A stretch of 58,342 nt of DNA from a phage, in the sequence record PZ445426.1. The stretch is one strand, 5' to 3'. This document shows positions 20,783 through 29,631 of the stretch, one piece after another. Both the position numbers and the translations under genes were made by a program. The notes below the pieces were generated by a model that ran no database searches, was not told the origin of the DNA, and was given only the letters and a program-made list of their open reading frames with translations. The first letter of the stretch is position 1. Each line of letters opens with the position of its first letter.

Positions 20783-21937
20783 ATGGCTAAAACTATCACA
20801 AACATACCAAAAGATATCACTAACCTTAAAAACGGTAAGTTAGATAAGAGTGCAAACCTTAGCGACTTAGCAGATCGCGAAGTTGCCTGGTTAAACGTGC
20901 GTCCTATTGGACCTACTCCTCTTGCGGGGGATCCTGTGGACGACCTTGACGCAACTACAAAACGTTGGGTGCAGAATAAATTTGACAATGGTATCGCCAA
21001 TACATCATGGAGCGTAATAAACGCAGACCAAAGCGCGCCAGCAGTAGCCACCGTGGTTGTCGGCGGGAAAGTAGAGTCAAAATATACCAATCCTAGTTCA
21101 TCACAGTTTGCACGTCTGTACTCAAGTTCTTCATGGGGTTCTTCTAGTTATGCTGTTGTAGAGGCAGAGGGTTCTTCCAAGCACGCTTATAAATTCTATG
21201 AGAATGGCACAGTTGACTTCCGACAGTCAGGGAAGACCAACCCATTCCGCATGTATACAAATATTGGAACATGGAGTGACATAACGGACGCCACGGTATC
21301 CAACTTGACAACTAACGGAATGGACAGGGTGGCCATTTCGAGCGGCTCAGATACTCTGGTGCGCGGATATTCTATCAGCGCCACCAAACCTAATGGATAT
21401 CCAACAAAGGTTGGATATCACATGTATATTCCAGGCAATGATGCATTTGGTATAGCTTGCATGGTAATCGGTGGAGATAACGGAAAATTTTGCCGTTACT
21501 TTTTTGACATTGATGGTCAAATATATGGTTCGACCGATTACGGGAACTTCAGTTATACGAAAAATGGCACTTCTGACTCACGTGTAAAACACGGCATCGC
21601 CCCTGTTGGAGTTGACAAATCATACTCTAATATTAAAGGGCTGGAATTTGTAGAGTTCATTTATGATAATGACGAACAAAATCGAGTTCGGCATGGCGTG
21701 ATTGCACAGCAAGCAGAGGTTGTTGAGCCTTTATATGTCAAGACGCGCAAATATGTTGGCAATAATCCAGGAGAGATTGTTGAACAAAAGGAACTTGACA
21801 CAACACCTATGCTTTTGGACACTATGCATGTCGTGCAAGAACTTATAAAACGGATTGAATCTTTGCAAGAAGATAATAAGAAACTAAAAGAACTCATTTC
21901 TAATCTAAACAATTCACAGACTACAGATCTTCCATAA
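20783..21937 (+). CDS. tail fibre/spike protein with C-terminal S74-type intramolecular chaperone-like domain
   Basis: ATG 20783 preferred over track GTG 20771; SDSRVKHGI motif (Ser...Lys five residues later) followed by a helical C-terminus, resembling the self-cleaving chaperone domain of endosialidase/L-shaped fibre proteins. Confidence 0.55.
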   Translation: MAKTITNIPKDITNLKNGKLDKSANLSDLADREVAWLNVRPIGPTPLAGDPVDDLDATTKRWVQNKFDNGIANTSWSVINADQSAPAVATVVVGGKVESKYTNPSSSQFARLYSSSSWGSSSYAVVEAEGSSKHAYKFYENGTVDFRQSGKTNPFRMYTNIGTWSDITDATVSNLTTNGMDRVAISSGSDTLVRGYSISATKPNGYPTKVGYHMYIPGNDAFGIACMVIGGDNGKFCRYFFDIDGQIYGSTDYGNFSYTKNGTSDSRVKHGIAPVGVDKSYSNIKGLEFVEFIYDNDEQNRVRHGVIAQQAEVVEPLYVKTRKYVGNNPGEIVEQKELDTTPMLLDTMHVVQELIKRIESLQEDNKKLKELISNLNNSQTTDLP

Positions 21938-21953
21938 CCACATCTAACTTCCT

Positions 21954-21980
21954 CAGCGCGTCTTCGGGTGCGCTTTTATT
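21954..21980 (+). terminator. possible intrinsic terminator (AGCGC-gtcttcggGT-GCGCT + TTTTATT)
   Basis: short GC stem and T-tract read directly after the tail fibre gene. Confidence 0.4.
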
Positions 21981-22107
21981 GGCTGTCAATCCTAATTTAC
22001 AAAATCTTTACATTTGGATCATTGTAAAAAGCATGTTAAGGGGTATGCTTTACTTCGTAACCAGTTGGTTACATCCGCTTAACAAATCCATATATGGAGA
22101 TTTTCCT

Positions 22108-22698
22108 ATGTCTGACATGACTCTTTTACCTACTAATCTCGGTGGCGACGGTTTCGGCGGTGAAGCTGGTGCGGCCGGTATTGGTGGCGCGATCGGTGGC
22201 TTAATTGGTTCCTGGATCGGTAATGGTTGGGGTGGCAATGGTGGTTGGGGTGGTCGCGGTAACTTCGCTGGCCCGGTGGAAGTGCAAGCTTCTGTTGACA
22301 CCAACGCAATTCTGCAAGCTATCAACAACGGTACTCTTCAGACCATTCAGGGGCAGAACGGCACTAACCTGACTGTTGAGCGCTCCGCTGCTTCTACCTA
22401 TAACGGCATCACTCAGCAGAACACTCAGAACATGCTGGCTTCCGTTCAGGGCTTTGCTGGTCTGAACACACAGATCCAGGGCGGCACCAGCCAAGTGCTC
22501 GCGGCTCTGTGTAACAACGAAGCAGCTAACATTACCCGTTCCTTCCAGGCGCAGCTAGAAGCTCAGAAGTGTTGCTGCGAAACCAACCTGAACATCGAGC
22601 GTCAAGCAGAAGCTACTCGTGCGCTCCTGCGCGATCAGCACGCACAAGCGCATAATCATAGTTATTCCAACAAAAGAAATAAGTCATTGCTGCAATAA
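22108..22698 (+). CDS. glycine-rich (glycine-zipper) protein with C-terminal Cys cluster
   Basis: 196 aa from ATG 22108 (GGAG RBS); N-terminus MSDMTLLPTNLGG then long GxxxG-rich stretch; KCCCET near C-terminus. Confidence 0.5.
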   Translation: MSDMTLLPTNLGGDGFGGEAGAAGIGGAIGGLIGSWIGNGWGGNGGWGGRGNFAGPVEVQASVDTNAILQAINNGTLQTIQGQNGTNLTVERSAASTYNGITQQNTQNMLASVQGFAGLNTQIQGGTSQVLAALCNNEAANITRSFQAQLEAQKCCCETNLNIERQAEATRALLRDQHAQAHNHSYSNKRNKSLLQ

Positions 22699-22730
22699 CT
22701 GCACCAATTACAAAATACATAACCACATAT

Positions 22731-22919
22731 TCATGCATCGGTAAACTCCCAAATCAGATTATAATTATTTCCCGCTGGTACATAGCGCCCTGGACGTGGA
22801 TCGAAGCTTTTCACTGAAAACTCCAGCGTTCCAGCGCTATATAGTTGCACCTTTTGTCCGTCCCACGGTCCGCCTATCAATTTAAAAGTCTGTCGATAAC
22901 CTTTTGCAGCTCTAGCCAT
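22731..22919 (-). CDS. hypothetical protein
   Basis: ATG at 22919 with AAGGAG RBS (track start 22925 is GTG); last gene of minus-strand block. Confidence 0.45.
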   Translation of the reverse strand: MARAAKGYRQTFKLIGGPWDGQKVQLYSAGTLEFSVKSFDPRPGRYVPAGNNYNLIWEFTDA

Positions 22920-22930
22920 GCTCACTCCTT

Positions 22931-22956
22931 AAATACCCGCGCGAACGCGGGTATTT
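22931..22956. terminator. GC-rich hairpin AAATACCCGCG-cgaa-CGCGGGTATTT (terminator-like on the plus strand)
   Basis: perfect 11-bp stem read directly; T-rich tract follows on the plus strand. Confidence 0.45.
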
Positions 22957-22961
22957 CTTTG

Positions 22962-23168
22962 TTACGCTTCCGGTGTTTCCGGTGATGGTTCATCAGGAAC
23001 AACAATAACGTCGGCTAAAACTTTTAACGCTTCTTGTTGCTCCGCGGTCATATTATTCCAGTAATAGACGTGAATGTAAACTACTGGTTTGTCACCATGT
23101 TGCCACGGTTCGCGACTTACTACATCCGCAGCTAAATCGCTTGCTACGCTCTTTTCTTTACCAGCCAT
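22962..23168 (-). CDS. hypothetical protein
   Basis: 68-aa ORF in minus-strand operon. Confidence 0.4.
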   Translation of the reverse strand: MAGKEKSVASDLAADVVSREPWQHGDKPVVYIHVYYWNNMTAEQQEALKVLADVIVVPDEPSPETPEA

Positions 23169-23200
23169 GCTAATGTACCCCTTTAAGGTTTTACACGCGG

Positions 23201-23494
23201 CTAACCCCCAAAAGTACCCCTATGATCAAGGGTTCTAATGCGCTGCTCCAGCCAACGTGCGTTCTTTTCAAAATGTTTATTGGTGCGCGCTGCTTTGCAC
23301 GCATCAATAATACCTAACTCACATCCAAGCTGCGTTTGGCCCATCACGTAAGAATGGGTTAACATGCTGGATACAAGTTCTTCACATTGTAACTTAATAG
23401 GATGGTCTTGGCATAGTTTCTTTGCTGCATCCTTTAAATCCACAGCTTGGACGCCAGGCGCTATCAGCAAAGCTACGAGTAATAAACGTTTCAT
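23201..23494 (-). CDS. secreted Cys-containing protein (Sec signal peptide)
   Basis: N-terminus MKRLLLVALLIAPGVQA looks like a cleavable signal peptide; start overlaps upstream stop. Confidence 0.5.
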   Translation of the reverse strand: MKRLLLVALLIAPGVQAVDLKDAAKKLCQDHPIKLQCEELVSSMLTHSYVMGQTQLGCELGIIDACKAARTNKHFEKNARWLEQRIRTLDHRGTFGG

Positions 23495-23778
23495 TATGCT
23501 TTCCCTTTACGACATAAGGCTTGAAGTTCCAGAAGCGCATCAATGTCTTCCTGTGGAGTTACACCAACGTGAATTGGATATTTAGCGCGACATTCGTTGC
23601 CAACTTCAACAGTGTGGTTAATGTAGCCGTAAACACATCCCCCAATAACAGTGAAGATAAGCGCAACAATCATTGTAAGGTATTTACCTTGTTTGCGTTC
23701 TTCATTTTGTTTATTAAGCTGACGGTTAAGTTCCACCGCGTCGATTTTACCTTTGTTGTAATCGTCTACTAAGCTCAT
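23494..23778 (-). CDS. small single-pass membrane protein
   Basis: ATG 23778 with GAGGAG RBS; one hydrophobic helix (LTMIVALIFTVIGGCVYGYI). Confidence 0.45.
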   Translation of the reverse strand: MSLVDDYNKGKIDAVELNRQLNKQNEERKQGKYLTMIVALIFTVIGGCVYGYINHTVEVGNECRAKYPIHVGVTPQEDIDALLELQALCRKGKA

Positions 23779-23841
23779 TTTGCATCTCCTCTTGTTGTAT
23801 ACATATATTAAAACAGACCCGCGAAGGGTCTGCAAGTAGAA

Positions 23842-25827
23842 TTAGGCGTATCCCATGTCTTCGAGATACTTCTCTGCCTTAGCTATATAAGCATCATAAT
23901 CTATGTCGTCCGGTATTTTATCCGGTAGCGTCATGATTGGGACACCTCCCGCGCTACCAGCTACACGGTTGCCCGAGTTAGCATAGATTATTTCAGGGGT
24001 TTCTTCATTGGTGCTTAAATACCAGCGTACAACCTTACCCAAAAATTCGCCATTCCATACCGCGCCACCTTTCACCGCACGTAGGATAATGAATTTTCTA
24101 ATATCGTTGCAATTGCGTATAGTACGAGAAACAGGCGTACCGTGGGCCAAACATTCACATACAGCTTCCATAATAATTTCACCAGTACAGTTCTTTTGAA
24201 GTCCTGTCTTGGCAAACCAGCCCTTACGCTTAACTTCAACGTTACCTTCTGCATCAGGTTCTTTGACAGCTACATAGTTGTTAACGTTCGCGCTATATAG
24301 CTTGTCATAATAAGTGGATTCCATTTCAAAACCTGTGACGGATTCCCACCACTTGATCATGTTATCAACGAAGTCCTGCATGTGGTCGGGATACTTAACC
24401 ACAATACCATCGGTATTCGCTGAAATTACTTTAACACCGTTCAGCTCAAATGCTTCAATAAGCATTAACAGTGATAGTTGCCCTGTGATAGTTACCTGTA
24501 TCAATAATTGCGGCGCGTACAGTACGGACCACATAGACCCTAACTTACCGAACGATCCGTTGATTACGATCTTCAGCGTGTTGGCTGTGTTCTTGTCCCC
24601 TGAGTGCTTAGCTGCAATACGGCGATCTACAATACTTTTATAAACACGAAGGAACGCTGGTCCCAACTGCTCAGGGTATAATCCCTGATTAAGAATAATT
24701 GAAGGGTAATAAGACGTTACGTCAATGTCCCGCTTCTTAATACCAGGCTCTTTACCGTGACCAGCACACTCTTCGGAGCTATGCAAACCGCCAATACCCA
24801 TACGGTAGACACCGTCCGCAATCTTGATTTCAAGACCTGTTAACGCTGGGGGCAAGCTAACGCCACCGTTATCGCTAACAACAAAACGGCAGTCCCGAAC
24901 AATATCCAAAACACTATTCATCAGAGGTGTTTGAAAACGAATAAAGTCCGGTATGTTATACGCATACTTTGTTCCAGGATAAACTTGGGGACGCTGGGGA
25001 CGCACACCAGTTAATGCTTGAATTTCGTGTTTAATTACGTCTTCTGCAATCTGCGCATCAGAACGTGAACGCAGATCCACACCGTATTCTTGCGACATAA
25101 TTTCACGAAGGTGCAAAGGTTCTTGTAATGCAATAAAACATTCTTCTGTCTGTACAAGGTCGTTAATACAGTACCAGCGTACAATTAACATCTGGTCCTG
25201 CGTCAACATTGTATTTGGCTTGAACGGTAAATCCTGCATACGGCGAGTATGTACACGTCCGCCATATTGTTTCAAACCACCAGATCCAGGCAGAACTTCC
25301 ATAATATCAATGTGGTTAACGTTCTGCATACGCTTAAGGCGGTAACTCTTCAACACATCGGAAGGACGCCAATCTTCCACGATTATCTTATCGGTTGCGT
25401 GTTTAAGCTGCGCATTAGAACAGCCGTTAAGCGCAAGCGTAGCAATGGGCATATCGTACCCATTACCGTTAAAGCTTACGATAAGGAAGTTTGTCATTAC
25501 CCAGTTAAGTAACAAGCAATTTAAACTGCAACCGTGATACATTTCAAAGTAGACAACTTTCTTAGTTCGTACTCCGCGGAATGCGATCAAGAAATAGTTT
25601 GGATAACATTCGATATCATATACAAGCGGTTCGCGGTTGATCCATGCTTGAATGAGTTCGTCCTGAGTATACAGGTTATATTGGAAGTTTCGAGCTTCCT
25701 CTAGATTTGGCAAATAATCCGGGCGCTCCCAAGTGCGCTCCGGCGGTAAACGCTTAACCTTTTCTTTCTTCACTTTTGGCTCAGGCGGCAAGTCCTGCCA
25801 AAAGAAACCAATAGCATCGGTCCGCAT
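23842..25827 (-). CDS. DNA polymerase, family-B-like, with 3'-5' exonuclease domain
   Basis: Exo I-like YDIE; DVTSYYPSIIL (motif A DxxSLYPS-like); KIVINGSFGKLG (motif B-like); ATG 25827 overlaps upstream stop (TAATG). Confidence 0.7.
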   Translation of the reverse strand: MRTDAIGFFWQDLPPEPKVKKEKVKRLPPERTWERPDYLPNLEEARNFQYNLYTQDELIQAWINREPLVYDIECYPNYFLIAFRGVRTKKVVYFEMYHGCSLNCLLLNWVMTNFLIVSFNGNGYDMPIATLALNGCSNAQLKHATDKIIVEDWRPSDVLKSYRLKRMQNVNHIDIMEVLPGSGGLKQYGGRVHTRRMQDLPFKPNTMLTQDQMLIVRWYCINDLVQTEECFIALQEPLHLREIMSQEYGVDLRSRSDAQIAEDVIKHEIQALTGVRPQRPQVYPGTKYAYNIPDFIRFQTPLMNSVLDIVRDCRFVVSDNGGVSLPPALTGLEIKIADGVYRMGIGGLHSSEECAGHGKEPGIKKRDIDVTSYYPSIILNQGLYPEQLGPAFLRVYKSIVDRRIAAKHSGDKNTANTLKIVINGSFGKLGSMWSVLYAPQLLIQVTITGQLSLLMLIEAFELNGVKVISANTDGIVVKYPDHMQDFVDNMIKWWESVTGFEMESTYYDKLYSANVNNYVAVKEPDAEGNVEVKRKGWFAKTGLQKNCTGEIIMEAVCECLAHGTPVSRTIRNCNDIRKFIILRAVKGGAVWNGEFLGKVVRWYLSTNEETPEIIYANSGNRVAGSAGGVPIMTLPDKIPDDIDYDAYIAKAEKYLEDMGYA

Positions 25828-26780
25828 TAGACACGTTCTCCAATTAATACACCGCGAAGATTTTCCCCAAAGAATGCGCAAGGTTGCGGATACAAACTAA
25901 AGTCCGCGGTCTTAACCACTTTTTCAAGCAATAGCAGGATATCAATATTGTACACTCCCGTTATTGTTCGGTCCTGTAATACGAAGCTTGCACCTTCTGC
26001 ATCGTCATAATGGGTACGCGCCAGACCGTTTTCAATATATACACGAGGTCTGTCTTCAGCGAAAGGTTTGATTTTATGCAAGCCTTCAAAAAGACCTGGA
26101 TCAACAGGATGTGCATTGCATTGAACATTTAAAATACGACGTATATCGGGCCACTCCGCATCAATAAGCTGTGTCCGCAACCAGCGACCTTCCGGATAAT
26201 GAAACGTCACATTGTTCTTGCTAACCTGAATATGTGTCGGGTTAGCTTTAATGCGCAGTATTTCTTTGATAGCAACAGACGGTATTATGCAGTCAATAGG
26301 GAATTGATTACCAAACCAGTATTCCGCAATTGTGACGTTATTTGTAGCAAACAGGCTACCGTTATTGATCAGGATACCGCAAGCCCAAGGACGGGATGCG
26401 TCTGAGCCTACAAACGGGGCAACAGATTTCACACCATGTACGAAGCGAGCACCGTCTATTTCGTATAAATCGCCTTCAGGGAATACGTGAGGCGTTTCTT
26501 TATCAATACAGCGTATAGCAACACGAAACGGACCTGACTTAATATTCAGCTTACCGTTGGCCATCATTGTTAGCTGTACTGTTTCGTCGCAGTTTGAGAT
26601 AGCTTTAATCATAGGCCCAGCTTCGGGCTTACAATCAATATTCAGCTCAATAGGGCTACCCAGTGCAATAACACCGTTAAAGCCCTGTACCTGCCCGTCA
26701 CGAATAAGAAAACTGGTAAGCCCTTCTACCAGTTCCTTTTTAGCAACGGAGCCTTGAACAAATTTAAGAGCGTCTAACAT
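25827..26780 (-). CDS. hypothetical protein
   Basis: 317-aa ORF, GAGGA RBS, translationally coupled to the polymerase gene; no motif recognised. Confidence 0.5.
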   Translation of the reverse strand: MLDALKFVQGSVAKKELVEGLTSFLIRDGQVQGFNGVIALGSPIELNIDCKPEAGPMIKAISNCDETVQLTMMANGKLNIKSGPFRVAIRCIDKETPHVFPEGDLYEIDGARFVHGVKSVAPFVGSDASRPWACGILINNGSLFATNNVTIAEYWFGNQFPIDCIIPSVAIKEILRIKANPTHIQVSKNNVTFHYPEGRWLRTQLIDAEWPDIRRILNVQCNAHPVDPGLFEGLHKIKPFAEDRPRVYIENGLARTHYDDAEGASFVLQDRTITGVYNIDILLLLEKVVKTADFSLYPQPCAFFGENLRGVLIGERV

Positions 26781-27007
26781 TAGCGATCCTCGATTGCTCT
26801 AATTGTGGTTAAATCTAATTCACAAGTGGGAGGGTATCCATAAAGTCCCATTTGTTTCCCTTGTGCATTAAACCATGTACCTGACGGATCCTGCCACTGC
26901 TTAGGTGTCTTGTGGAGGAATACTACTCTGTTTTCACCGTAATAATTAATTCTTACGCCTGTGTGAGTATATTTACGTTTACCTTTTGGTCTTCTTAAGT
27001 TAGCCAT
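26780..27007 (-). CDS. hypothetical protein
   Basis: 75-aa basic ORF; overlapping start/stop with neighbours. Confidence 0.4.
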   Translation of the reverse strand: MANLRRPKGKRKYTHTGVRINYYGENRVVFLHKTPKQWQDPSGTWFNAQGKQMGLYGYPPTCELDLTTIRAIEDR

Positions 27008-27927
27008 CAGAACAACTCCATTACACGATCACGGAATGTGCCGTCATGGGTAGCGTTAATGTTTGCAGCAATTACACCATACGCCCATAAGTTGAAGGCG
27101 GCACGTGATTCATAGATTGTTGATAAACGTTCGTAAGTGAAACCGTTTTGCTCAAGGTATTTAAGGACAGCGTCTTGTTCAATTTCAGTTAATGTTGAAA
27201 CATGCTTACCAAAATGATGGCGGTCCGACGACTTATCTGATACGCGCATTGGTCCCCAGGGAGGAGTAACCACACTTCCAAACGCTGCCGCTTGAATCCA
27301 GGAAGATGAGTCACAGCTATACCACGGGTAACGTTCCATAATGGTAGTGGACGTAATACCAAATGCATGAAGCTTAATCTTAGGACGACCGCTACCATCG
27401 CAAATATATTTGTCCCACATACGGTCAAGCCATGTTTTAAGCGTGTCCGTTGAACGCCCTACCATGCCACCAATCGTGATATATTCGTAGTTCTTCATGT
27501 AATATTCAAGATAGCGGAAGTCCTCACCAAAGTGAAAGCAAGGTAACGGTTTAGCACCGCGTGCTTCCATTTCAAGCTGGTTACGGTAGGTTTGCAGTGG
27601 ATCACCGATACCATCGAGCACCGACGCCATTACTGCACCATCTTCTACGCGAAGGATGTCTTTGTTGCGCTTAATGTATTCGCAGTATTCAACAATATCA
27701 ATGTGAGCACCCAAAGAGTGCGCGGAGAATGCACCGGAGTCGAGAAACACTTTAGCCCCGTCCGCACGCATCTGATCAACATACTTCTGACGCCCAACGT
27801 AGTGGTATGATTCCAAAATATGGGGCAGATTGCGCGTGATATTTTTCTCATGCTCGGACAACTTTTCATAACGCTGCTGACCAGGCATATATCCGTTCGT
27901 GTAAACTGCTGCCATAAAAACGTTCAT
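27007..27927 (-). CDS. dpdA: DpdA-like DNA-guanine transglycosylase (TGT fold)
   Basis: 306 aa; FLDSGAFS motif resembling the TGT catalytic DSG motif; GGAGG RBS; adjacent to the folE/queD/queC/queE cluster. Confidence 0.5.
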   Translation of the reverse strand: MNVFMAAVYTNGYMPGQQRYEKLSEHEKNITRNLPHILESYHYVGRQKYVDQMRADGAKVFLDSGAFSAHSLGAHIDIVEYCEYIKRNKDILRVEDGAVMASVLDGIGDPLQTYRNQLEMEARGAKPLPCFHFGEDFRYLEYYMKNYEYITIGGMVGRSTDTLKTWLDRMWDKYICDGSGRPKIKLHAFGITSTTIMERYPWYSCDSSSWIQAAAFGSVVTPPWGPMRVSDKSSDRHHFGKHVSTLTEIEQDAVLKYLEQNGFTYERLSTIYESRAAFNLWAYGVIAANINATHDGTFRDRVMELF

Positions 27928-28130
27928 TTTTGGAACGGTCCTCCAAACTGATCAATTAGTTCTAAAGTACGCCACGCTTCATTAAATGCTTCGTCCGCGC
28001 GATGTTTAGCGTCAATAAGCTGCTGCTTTAAGACATCTGTAGGCGCATCATTCTGTATTGCAGAGCAAGCATCCGCAGTACCTGCTTTAAGCTGGTAGAA
28101 TGCTGTCTCTAAGATTAGTTGTCTTGACAT
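27924..28130 (-). CDS. hypothetical protein
   Basis: 68 aa from ATG 28130 with GGAGGAAAT RBS; stop overlaps dpdA-like start. Confidence 0.4.
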   Translation of the reverse strand: MSRQLILETAFYQLKAGTADACSAIQNDAPTDVLKQQLIDAKHRADEAFNEAWRTLELIDQFGGPFQK

Positions 28131-28150
28131 ATTTCCTCCAATGACTAAAA

Positions 28151-28182
28151 AGCCCATACCAGTATTATGACCGATATGGGCT
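28151..28182 (-). terminator. intrinsic terminator-like hairpin (AGCCCATA...TATGGGCT + U-tract) downstream of folE
   Basis: 8-bp stem read directly; plus-strand A-run gives a U-tract on the minus strand. Confidence 0.4.
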
Positions 28183-28201
28183 TGATCTGTAAAGCTATCT
28201 A

Positions 28202-28816
28202 TTATTTACAAGCTTCAAGGAACTCCCGCCGCCAATAAGCACCCATATCGGTTCCCCCAAGTCCTGCGCGTGCGGTGCAACCACGGAATGCTTTAGTAAT
28301 AGTAGAGCTGCCGCATACCTGCTTAACTCCTCGCGACTCCATGCACATATGCTTGGCGTCAATATAAACACATACAGCTTTCGGATTCAGGTGCTCCTGG
28401 ATAGCGTCAGCAATCTGGTTAGTAAGACGTTCCTGAACTTGCAGTCGACGACTAAAAGCATCCACAACGCGAGACAGCTTACTAAGCCCAACAATCTTCC
28501 CATTGGGGACATAACCCACAACAGCATGCCCGATAATAGGAGCCATGTGATGCTCGCAATGACTGTATACAGGAATATCACGGACAATGACCATTTCATC
28601 CGTACCTTCCGCACCATCTTCAAAGGTTTTAAACAATCCAGCAATATTGACATCATAACCGCCGAACCATGTAGCATAAGCTTTTGCTACACGCGCTGGA
28701 GTTTCCTCCAGCCCTGGGCGCAGAACCGCGCTAACTTCAATTTGGGATAGTAAAGTACGCACAGCGTTAGCAATACGGAATTGAACACCTTCACTATTAA
28801 TACTATATTTAGACAT
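28202..28816 (-). CDS. folE: GTP cyclohydrolase I
   Basis: HCEHHMAPIIGHAVVGYVP and GLSKLSRVVDAFSRRLQVQERLT motifs; ATG 28816 (AGGAAA RBS) preferred over 28849. Confidence 0.8.
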   Translation of the reverse strand: MSKYSINSEGVQFRIANAVRTLLSQIEVSAVLRPGLEETPARVAKAYATWFGGYDVNIAGLFKTFEDGAEGTDEMVIVRDIPVYSHCEHHMAPIIGHAVVGYVPNGKIVGLSKLSRVVDAFSRRLQVQERLTNQIADAIQEHLNPKAVCVYIDAKHMCMESRGVKQVCGSSTITKAFRGCTARAGLGGTDMGAYWRREFLEACK

Positions 28817-28850
28817 GGTTTGCAGTTTCCTTGTTGTTAATGTGGTCATA

Positions 28851-29360
28851 TTACAGGCTATAGTTTACGTGACATTTCGAAGTTTCTTCGATGGTGCATT
28901 CTACAAGTTGAACGCCATGTTCGTCAAGCAGTTGCGGCCCAATTACGTTTACCATATATGCAGCCAGATTTTCAGCTGTCGGGTTGAACGGTAAAGATAC
29001 CAGCGAGTTGTCAAAGTCCCTTACATCTTGACCCGTAGTTTCGTCACAAAGTTCACAATCAACCTGAAGAGCTTTAATCAAAGGATCTTCTTCCCAATGC
29101 AGGAATTTATGATCCCAGTTGTCTTCCAGCCATTGACAGAGTGTAGTTTTAACCACACTAAAGTCGATCACACGCCCAACTTCGTCCAGTTGCTTAAGGG
29201 ACGCAAATTCGGCTTCGTCCATGACTGTATAAGGGACTTTGGGCGCAACCTTAAAGTGAAACTTATAGTTGTGACCGTGGAGGTGGCGACATTTGCTTTC
29301 GTGACCTACAACACGATGCCCAGCGCAAATCTCATGCGAACGAATTACTGTATAGCTCAT
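28851..29360 (-). CDS. queD: 6-carboxy-5,6,7,8-tetrahydropterin synthase
   Basis: CAGHRVVGHESKCRHLHGHNYKF (Cys-His-His-Glu zinc/catalytic pattern of the PTPS/QueD family). Confidence 0.75.
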   Translation of the reverse strand: MSYTVIRSHEICAGHRVVGHESKCRHLHGHNYKFHFKVAPKVPYTVMDEAEFASLKQLDEVGRVIDFSVVKTTLCQWLEDNWDHKFLHWEEDPLIKALQVDCELCDETTGQDVRDFDNSLVSLPFNPTAENLAAYMVNVIGPQLLDEHGVQLVECTIEETSKCHVNYSL

Positions 29361-29361
29361 T

Positions 29362-29631
29362 TTAACCCTCTTCTACTCTATTCATAAATTCCAAATGACG
29401 ACGCATAGTTTCTTCTTTTGTGGAAGAATTAAAATGCGACCAACCGTTATCTAACGAATAACCCCAGTAATACTCACCATACTTCTTCCGCATAGCTGGG
29501 ATGGGGCATTTCCTTCTTTCAAGCTTAGGATTCTGCGATCTTATATACGCTTGTTTTTCTTTAAGGCTTAATGCTTCAAACCAATCAGCTTGCTCGTGTG
29601 GCTTTAAATGCTTTGGAGGTACAGGAATCAT
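29362..29631 (-). CDS. hypothetical protein
   Basis: 89-aa ORF with AAGAGG RBS inside the que cluster. Confidence 0.4.
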   Translation of the reverse strand: MIPVPPKHLKPHEQADWFEALSLKEKQAYIRSQNPKLERRKCPIPAMRKKYGEYYWGYSLDNGWSHFNSSTKEETMRRHLEFMNRVEEG

